A stretch of 32,000 nt of DNA from contig NZ_LT934425.1 in NCBI RefSeq assembly GCF_900232105.1, forward strand, positions 1,440,001 to 1,472,000, read 5' to 3'. Of the stretch, positions 25,543 through 32,000 are shown piece after piece; position 1 is the stretch's first letter, and each line of letters begins with the position of its first letter. The notes below the pieces were generated by a model. That model saw nothing but the letters and a program-made list of their open reading frames with translations. It was not told the DNA's origin and searched no databases. The translations under genes and the position numbers were made by a program. The stretch comes from Candidatus Kuenenia stuttgartensis (GTDB lineage Bacteria > Planctomycetota > Brocadiia > Brocadiales > Brocadiaceae).

Positions 25543-27783
25543 TTATTTTACCTCAAGCACTATTTTTTTTACAGCAATATTTCCTGCAAGATCGAAGACA
25601 TTGATGACAACGGTATAGTTGCCCCGAAGTAGAGGTTCTGTTGTAATTCGAAAGGATTCCCGCAGGGAATCAAAAATCCCGTCAACGGGATTGGCGGGCA
25701 GCCATTCCTGCCCATCGACAGCATATTGAACCTTTACTATCTCACTGTATTCGTCCTGCGCAGAGCCGGTGATAATACCCCTTCCCTCCGGGGTAACATC
25801 AACCGTTATTGGCCCGGCGATTATAGGTTTTGAATTATCAATTATCAAGGGCTGCTGCAATGTTGCTTCAGAACTAAGTGCTGTTTCCGGCGGATTATCC
25901 GGATAATCGCCGGCTTCTAATTTGATTTGATACCTTCCGTCCGGCAGGCGCAGGGTATCCCATGTATACGAACCCTTGTTTTGATTACTTTTAGTAAGTA
26001 TTTTCCATGTATACTCGTCCATGCCTTTGTAGGAAACCGTAATCTGCAATGTGTCGTTATTTGGATCCTCTATTTCCCAAAGAATCTTTTTCTGTGCAAT
26101 TTCATGGTGTGGTTTTTGGGAGGATGGCAATTGAGACGTTGCTTCTGCTAAAGAACCATTTTTTGCTTGTGAAGGTTTTTGCGGCGAAGGAATATCCTTT
26201 TCTATCTCAAACATAATAATATTTGGCGGCTGGTTTTTCGGCAGATAGGACAAAGAGACCCTCTTTAAAGAAGGGGAGATTGCTGCATTTTCCGTTTGCA
26301 ATGTTGCCCTGTACTGAATAAAACGGGCAGGGGAATTTGTAATTTTTGCCCAAGGCGAGGTTCCGGACAATGACCAGTCACTCCAGGTTGCATCAGGTTT
26401 TTCAGAATTTCCCGTTCTGGTGGCCATGGTAATTTTAGTCGATGGCGGTTCTGCGCATGACCATGAAATATTTCCCCATGACGACAGGGATGATGTATCC
26501 AATACATTCGAGAGGAATGTGCCGGATTTCTCATATGCCGGCAATATCTTATACACCCTTCCCTCATTTCCAGAACCGACGTATAATTCGTTACGGTCAG
26601 TAATCCGGCAACAAAGCAACTGTCCAACTTCTGCTGCCGCAATACGGATAAACGAGGCATCACTAAAAATTTTATATATAGCGGATTCATTTCCAGTAAC
26701 TACAAAAAGATTTCCTTCTGCATCAAACACCATATCGAAAATGAATGCCTGTTCTATCTCGAAAATTTTTTCCGCAAACCCTTCTTCAGTGATCTTGTAA
26801 ATATAATTTGGTTTAAACGGGCTTCCTATCGTTTTGTGTTGCAGTCCAGATCTCTGCGAAGGATGTGTTTTCTGTTGAATATATGCCGTTTTAGTAACAG
26901 TTAGTTCATCCGGAATATTAAGGTCCCAGGCTTTTCCCTCTTTGAATGGAGATGCAATTACCGTTGTTTCTCCGACGGTTTTTGCCATGGGTGATTTAGG
27001 CATTGCCATCTGTGTGCCCGACGCAGTACCCGCATATATATTGCCGGAATAATCAATGGCAAGACAATGTATTTCCTCCTCTTCCGCATCGTAAAGTACA
27101 TGAGCGTTCCCGTTGTTGTCTATTTTATATATAAGGCCATTTGGTTCTGTCGCTACATATATGTTATTGTTTTTATCAAGTACGACGTCTAAAAGATTTG
27201 TTTCCGGAGAATCGAAAAGAATATCCGGGCATCCTTCTGGTGAGATTTTAAACAACAGGCCTTCATCTCCTGTTGCCACAATGAGATTGAAATTGCTGTC
27301 TATTTCCATATCCCATATATAGGAAACGGGCAGGCTGCAAAATACCGAACATTCCCCTTCTTTGCTGATTTTATAGATTATGCCCCTTGGCGCAGTACCG
27401 GCGTATATATTACCGTCTTTGCCGGCAATAATACTTTGCACATATAATTCCGGCGACCTGAAGATCTCTGCCGCTCCGGCATTGTCTTTTATGGAGTAAA
27501 CCGTTGCCGGGTCTCCGGCGCCAATGAATATGCGGCTTTGTTCATCCTGGGCGATTGACCATACGTAGGTATTATCAATGCCCTGAATGGTTTCTGTTTG
27601 AGGGGAAAGAGATAGCTCCCCTTTGCTGTGGATAGAAATGTTCTGATAGTCGCCTTTTTTAAAATCATACTCAGTGGATTGTGACCATGTATGGGTGGTC
27701 GTAGCGTTTGCAAAGGGGATCGATAGAGAGGAAAAAAGGAATATGGCTATGACTTGATTGCACGATGATAGAATCGTATTCAT
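25543..27783 (-). CDS. Exported beta-propeller protein with C-terminal Ig-like region
   Basis: Likely start MNTILSSCNQVIAIFLFSSLSIPFANA (signal peptide), then repeated blades: IFIGAGDPATVYSI, IYAGTAPRGIIYKI, LIVATGDEGLLFKI, IYVATEPNGLIYKI, LYVGSGNEGRVYKI. Confidence 0.75.
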   Translation of the reverse strand: MNTILSSCNQVIAIFLFSSLSIPFANATTTHTWSQSTEYDFKKGDYQNISIHSKGELSLSPQTETIQGIDNTYVWSIAQDEQSRIFIGAGDPATVYSIKDNAGAAEIFRSPELYVQSIIAGKDGNIYAGTAPRGIIYKISKEGECSVFCSLPVSYIWDMEIDSNFNLIVATGDEGLLFKISPEGCPDILFDSPETNLLDVVLDKNNNIYVATEPNGLIYKIDNNGNAHVLYDAEEEEIHCLAIDYSGNIYAGTASGTQMAMPKSPMAKTVGETTVIASPFKEGKAWDLNIPDELTVTKTAYIQQKTHPSQRSGLQHKTIGSPFKPNYIYKITEEGFAEKIFEIEQAFIFDMVFDAEGNLFVVTGNESAIYKIFSDASFIRIAAAEVGQLLCCRITDRNELYVGSGNEGRVYKILPAYEKSGTFLSNVLDTSSLSSWGNISWSCAEPPSTKITMATRTGNSEKPDATWSDWSLSGTSPWAKITNSPARFIQYRATLQTENAAISPSLKRVSLSYLPKNQPPNIIMFEIEKDIPSPQKPSQAKNGSLAEATSQLPSSQKPHHEIAQKKILWEIEDPNNDTLQITVSYKGMDEYTWKILTKSNQNKGSYTWDTLRLPDGRYQIKLEAGDYPDNPPETALSSEATLQQPLIIDNSKPIIAGPITVDVTPEGRGIITGSAQDEYSEIVKVQYAVDGQEWLPANPVDGIFDSLRESFRITTEPLLRGNYTVVINVFDLAGNIAVKKIVLEVK

Positions 27784-27787
27784 AATG

Positions 27788-29608
27788 TTATTTAACCAAT
27801 ACGTGTATGCTTTGTTTACCGTTAAGAACATATTTAGTCGGAACCTTAGTAATTATTTCCCCCATAAGAGGTCCGATGCCGCTTTGACCTACATTATTCA
27901 TAATAGAAAAAATGGATTGAGGAAGCGAAGGAAGACCTTCTCCTTTATAGGTTAACCCATTTTTAGAGAGAAGGACGCGTACAATGAGATTGTTGTTTCT
28001 TTCCATATCGCAGACGTCGTCCAAAAGCTGTTCAAAATTAACAGGCAAATGCCTACCTGCAGCCCTTCCCATATCCAATGATTTGCTGAATTTCGCATCG
28101 CATGCCGTAATCTCAAGAAGGTCACCGGGGAGGACGTCTTCCGGGATTTTGATCTGAATTGTCTTGTAAATATCGTTTCCGGTGTAAGGCTTTAGCAATA
28201 CGTCCAAAGATAATTCATCTCCCGGTCGTACATAGTTATTTCTTGCCTGAATTGCTTCGATAGACGCAGTTTGCCGCAAATTCAGGATGTTAATCTTCAG
28301 ATCAATCTCCTGAACGGTAATTTCCTGAAACTGATTGTTGATAACCATTGCAAAGCATTGTGCAATTTCGTCGATAGAGAACCATGTCTGGTTAAATTCA
28401 TAATAGCTGTTTTTTAATATCAGTGGTTTCTCATATCCGTCAATCTTTGCGAAAAGCTGTATGTCAACGCACCGTTCACCCAATTTTTTTTCGGTGGCGG
28501 CAACAGCGCCCTGAGCCGCCATTAAAACAAGCACCGGTGTGAGCAGTTTGTTGTCCACAATTTCGAAGCTATATTCAATGTTTTGCGTGCCGTCAACTGC
28601 TATGCGACAGGGAATCATGCGGGAAAATGTGCCAATAGTACCGGCAACTCCCGATCTCCTGTCCTGATTAATCTGTCCGATTATTTCAACCGGCGACGCC
28701 ATTTTTACTGAATTGGAGTGACTGCTGAGGATTGCAAATACATGCGCCGTTGCCATCGGAATGTTCGTGGTTCCCGCATGCAAAAAGGGGTGTCCGAAGG
28801 CAAGTACCTGATCGCCATCAACATACGTAACCGTACCCACTACAGCGGCATTCAGGTCTCCTTTGATCAGCACTGCGGCTACCGATGCGCCTGGAACCAG
28901 CCTGGTTGGGTATGTCGCCGATGTTGCTGCATAGCTTCCGCCTTGCAGGGGGTACAAATTGTACGCGCTAAAAAAAGGGTTCATTTCTTCCAATGCCCTG
29001 CCTGAAAACCCTGATACTATTAAAGGAGAAATTATTGGCGCAATTTTTATCCCATGTCCCGGATGGTTTATCGCTTCATCCTGAATTTTTGGCAATGATG
29101 TTTGCGGTATTATTTCACCGGTATTTGCGGGCGGTAATGGAAGCTCCCATTCGGGCGAGGGGAATAATTTACTGCCATTTTCTTCAGGGAGATCGAACAA
29201 TGTACTTTTCATCTCATTTATTGGCGACACACCGGCAATCGCTTCTTTTGAAAAACTCCACCCATAGGCGACGGCGCCAATCAAACGATTATCTATGTAA
29301 ACAGGGCTTCCGCTCATACCTGCAATGATGCCGGTTTCTTCAAGAGGACCACCTGTCATTTTGATCAGAATAAGATCTGCCTTTGTTTCCCAATTTTTTA
29401 AGACGCCTAAAACCTCGACGCTGAAATTTTCAATACTATCACCGGAAAATACCGTCTTACCAAACCCTTTCATCCCGGGCTTGATCTCGTCGATACCCAT
29501 GAAACTTTCCTGTGCAAGGAGGGATTGAGGATTGGATAACGAAGCAAAAAAGGCAGATGCCGCAAAAAAAACGAATAAAAAATACCTGTTCAACGATAGA
29601 GATTTCAT
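27788..29608 (-). CDS. SpoIVB-like S55-domain putative serine peptidase, exported
   Basis: Signal peptide; MGIDEIKPGMKGFGKTVFSGDSIENFSVEVLGVL; GIIAGMSGSPVYIDNRLIGAVAYGWSFSKEAIAGVSPI; FGHPFLHAG. Confidence 0.85.
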   Translation of the reverse strand: MKSLSLNRYFLFVFFAASAFFASLSNPQSLLAQESFMGIDEIKPGMKGFGKTVFSGDSIENFSVEVLGVLKNWETKADLILIKMTGGPLEETGIIAGMSGSPVYIDNRLIGAVAYGWSFSKEAIAGVSPINEMKSTLFDLPEENGSKLFPSPEWELPLPPANTGEIIPQTSLPKIQDEAINHPGHGIKIAPIISPLIVSGFSGRALEEMNPFFSAYNLYPLQGGSYAATSATYPTRLVPGASVAAVLIKGDLNAAVVGTVTYVDGDQVLAFGHPFLHAGTTNIPMATAHVFAILSSHSNSVKMASPVEIIGQINQDRRSGVAGTIGTFSRMIPCRIAVDGTQNIEYSFEIVDNKLLTPVLVLMAAQGAVAATEKKLGERCVDIQLFAKIDGYEKPLILKNSYYEFNQTWFSIDEIAQCFAMVINNQFQEITVQEIDLKINILNLRQTASIEAIQARNNYVRPGDELSLDVLLKPYTGNDIYKTIQIKIPEDVLPGDLLEITACDAKFSKSLDMGRAAGRHLPVNFEQLLDDVCDMERNNNLIVRVLLSKNGLTYKGEGLPSLPQSIFSIMNNVGQSGIGPLMGEIITKVPTKYVLNGKQSIHVLVK

Positions 29609-29877
29609 GCGGAAACTCTACCAAATTTAACAATTTATTGTCAAGCTATAAAAGAAGTTGAAATACCCCGATTAAGCATTTAAACTATACTCTCACATTA
29701 TAATCTATTCAAAGCACAGCAAAACCGCAATCATAAGTTAGGTTGGATTTTAAAAGATATAAACCCAACGGCATTCATTTTTACCCGCCCCTCTAACCCC
29801 TCCCAGGAGGAGAATAGACAAGTCCCCTCTTAGGAGGGGTTAGGGGTGGGTTTGTTTATTGCTTGATTAAAAATATT

Positions 29878-30175
29878 GTAACACTTTAGTTTTTTGAAAA
29901 ATGTATTACCTATAAGCTCCGTAGGAGCAGCCTGTTTGTAGCAAAATAGAATATTATAACAGATCGTAGAGACAGGTTTGAAACCTGTCTCTGCAATTAG
30001 GAGCGACCTGTCTCTTGTAAATCCATATTAAACAGGTCTGCCTGAATACGGACAGGTCGCTCCTACGGAGCTATTTACCTTATTGAATTTTATTGCGCTA
30101 CAAACAGACTGCCCCTGACGGGGCTACATGGTATTTTTTCTATAACGGGAATTTTTCAAAAAACTAAAGTGTTAC
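29878..30175. mobile_element. MITE-like element C with perfect 25-bp TIR and 8-bp target duplication AAAATATT
   Basis: GTAACACTTTAGTTTTTTGAAAAAT at left end; exact reverse complement at 30151-30175; direct repeat AAAATATT at 29870-29877 and 30176-30183; nested inverted repeats inside (AGCTCCGTAGGAGC / GCTCCTACGGAGCT; AGACAGGTTTGAAACCTGTCT). Confidence 0.85.
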
Positions 30176-30209
30176 AAAATATTGAAATTTATGAACGTAG
30201 ATTTATATT

Positions 30210-30842
30210 ATGCCTTGTAACACCTCCAAAATAACACAGATACTTGACGTCCGAAATCAAGACCTTTACTGGACATCTATTGAAATAGCTGCTAAAGCTT
30301 TGAGGAACGGCGGGATAGTGGCTTTCCCAACGGAGACCGTATATGGCCTGGGCGTTCATAAGGATAATCCAGAAGCTATCGAACGGCTTTATGAGGCAAA
30401 GAAGAGGCCTGCAGAAAAGAGGCTGACCCTGATGATTGCCGATATCGGGGAAGTGGAACTATACGCGGGCGCTGTTTCTGATGTGGCAAAAAGGTTGATG
30501 GAGTCTTTTTGGCCGGGTCCCTTAGCGATTATTTTTCCGCTGAAGGATGGCTCAGACATTTGCGTAAGATTGCCCGATAATGCCATCGCAAGAGACTTAA
30601 TCCGCACCGCAAATATTCCGGTAGCAACTACCAGCGCAAACACTTCAGGGCATCCGCCGTCAACGGATGCATCACAAGTAACGGCATATTTTAAGGATGA
30701 AATCGACTTCATACTGGATGGCGGACCAACACCATCACACGAGCCTTCAACGGTTGTCAAAATAAAAGATGGAGTATGTGAGGTCGTTCGGCATGGCATT
30801 ATTCCCGAAACAACTATTCGAAATTGTCTTAAAAAATATTGA
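30210..30842 (+). CDS. L-threonylcarbamoyladenylate synthase (Sua5/YciO/YrdC family)
   Basis: GGIVAFPTETVYGLGVHKDNPEAIERLYEAKKRP, ESFWPGPLAIIF, VRLPDNAIARDLI, PVATTSANTSGHPPSTDA. Confidence 0.92.
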   Translation: MPCNTSKITQILDVRNQDLYWTSIEIAAKALRNGGIVAFPTETVYGLGVHKDNPEAIERLYEAKKRPAEKRLTLMIADIGEVELYAGAVSDVAKRLMESFWPGPLAIIFPLKDGSDICVRLPDNAIARDLIRTANIPVATTSANTSGHPPSTDASQVTAYFKDEIDFILDGGPTPSHEPSTVVKIKDGVCEVVRHGIIPETTIRNCLKKY

Positions 30843-30894
30843 GAATCGGGATAATTTTTTTGTACATTTTTTTATGGAAGATTGTGAAACGACA

Positions 30895-31347
30895 ATGAAG
30901 ATTGCAATAGCATCAGATCACAGAGGGTATGATTTTAAAGAACGTATTAAGGTAACATTGAAGGAATTAGGCCATTCCGTAACGGATTTTGGCACTTCAT
31001 CAAAATCGGAGTCCGTGGATTACCCCGATTTTGGAATGAAGGCGGCGCTTTCGGTGGGACACGGGGAATGCGACAGGGGTATTTTAATCTGCGGCACCGG
31101 AATAGGTATGTCGCTTGTAGCAAACAAGGTAAGGGGCGTCAGGGCGACTTTATGCCACAATCTTTATACGGTAGAAATGAGCAGACGGCATAATGATGCC
31201 AATGTACTGTGCATCGGTGCGGATATTATCGACGAAGAACTTTTGGAACAAAAAGTAAAACTATGGTTAGAAACGCCTTTTGAAGGGGGAAGACACGCCC
31301 GCCGTTTGGAGAAAATAGTGGAACTGGAAAATGGAGGCGGAATTTAA
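30895..31347 (+). CDS. rpiB: Ribose-5-phosphate isomerase B
   Basis: MKIAIASDHRGYDFKERIK...VDYPDFGMKAA...CDRGILICGTGIGMSLVANKVRGVRATLCHNLYTVEMSRRHNDANVLCIGA. The track start at 30769 overlaps the upstream gene and is probably too early. Confidence 0.95.
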   Translation: MKIAIASDHRGYDFKERIKVTLKELGHSVTDFGTSSKSESVDYPDFGMKAALSVGHGECDRGILICGTGIGMSLVANKVRGVRATLCHNLYTVEMSRRHNDANVLCIGADIIDEELLEQKVKLWLETPFEGGRHARRLEKIVELENGGGI

Positions 31348-32000
31348 TTCCCCATATGGACTACCTCCACGCCATTTGGGATTGTAAAGGTGAATATTTT
31401 TGAGTCAAGCTGGCTGTTTACAATGATATCAGAAAGCGTGATGCCCATTGCGGTATTGTATGTGGGCCAACGGACGTCAATTCTTTGCGGCAGCCGGCAA
31501 CTATCGAAATCAGAATAATCGGTAAATACTGCCTGCAGCCGGACAGAACCGTCCGGATTAAATGTTTCACATCGAAATGTATCCGTGTTACTCCTGTTAA
31601 TCAACAATTTCCCTTTAAGATTTATTTTGCCTTCATTCGTATCTATCGCGTAAATGATCCAATAATAAGGCCAGATTTCCAATACCGTACTCTCGCCGCC
31701 CAGAATATTTTTAAGATTAAATAACCCTGCCATATCATTCGGTGAAATGCCCATTCCTGATGAATTCACTTTATGCAAGGCGTTGCTGGAACCTGTGTAA
31801 ACCTTTTTTTCCGAGGGGACATAAATCCAAAAGGTATTGCCGTCGGTAGACATATCAAATAGGGTAGTCGCCAGTTTTGAGCCAATGACACGCAGATGAT
31901 TTGGCGTTTCATACACTATCAGGCCGGTGCATGTAACAGGCCCTTTTGATTCAGGCGCGGTTAAGGTTATTTTTGCCTTTGCCCGAAGCGTAGTAAGTTT
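31344..32000 (-). CDS. LolA-like / outer-membrane lipoprotein-sorting-type protein, 5' end beyond the window
   Basis: The frame stays open to the edge (KLTTLRAKAKITLTAPESKGPVTCTGLIVYETPNHLRVIGSK...), followed by NTFWIYVPSEKKVYTGS and LPQRIDV-type strands typical of this fold. Confidence 0.55.
   Translation of the reverse strand, partial: KLTTLRAKAKITLTAPESKGPVTCTGLIVYETPNHLRVIGSKLATTLFDMSTDGNTFWIYVPSEKKVYTGSSNALHKVNSSGMGISPNDMAGLFNLKNILGGESTVLEIWPYYWIIYAIDTNEGKINLKGKLLINRSNTDTFRCETFNPDGSVRLQAVFTDYSDFDSCRLPQRIDVRWPTYNTAMGITLSDIIVNSQLDSKIFTFTIPNGVEVVHMGN

Noticed and set aside
29782-29848. GC-rich inverted repeat CCCCTCTAACCCCTCC ... GGAGGGGTTAGGGGTGGG considered as part of element C
   Set aside because: It lies outside the 8-bp duplication, so it is a separate neighbouring palindrome; common intergenic type, not pursued.

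Overview
The 32 kb window resembles an anammox-type planctomycete (lineage inferred from gene style, not tested). Minus-strand modules: an NAD-linked formate dehydrogenase cluster (NuoE-like, NuoF-like and Mo/Fe-S alpha subunit, with a catalytic Cys rather than Sec) followed by purE; a decayed SbtA-like bicarbonate permease; a DUF2294/MpsC-like gene; topA; a BatA/VWA membrane protein; a VapBC-like toxin-antitoxin pair; a 1611-aa multi-glycosyltransferase/TPR protein; an Rpn/YhgA-type nuclease gene with a stop directly after its ATG; an ISNCY-like IS; tRNA-Pro(CGG); an IS1380-family IS; and an exported beta-propeller plus S55-peptidase pair. Plus-strand genes are rpsT, a tsaC-type gene and rpiB. 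A partial LolA-like lipoprotein gene (minus strand) runs off the right edge. The main unlisted signal is a family of small non-coding elements with a shared ~25-bp terminal inverted repeat (GTAACACTTTAGTTTTTTGAAAAAT). Two copies have exact 8-bp target duplications. Copies carry unrelated nested hairpin cores, and three of them sit upstream of start codons. I found no CRISPR array and no convincing new defence system.
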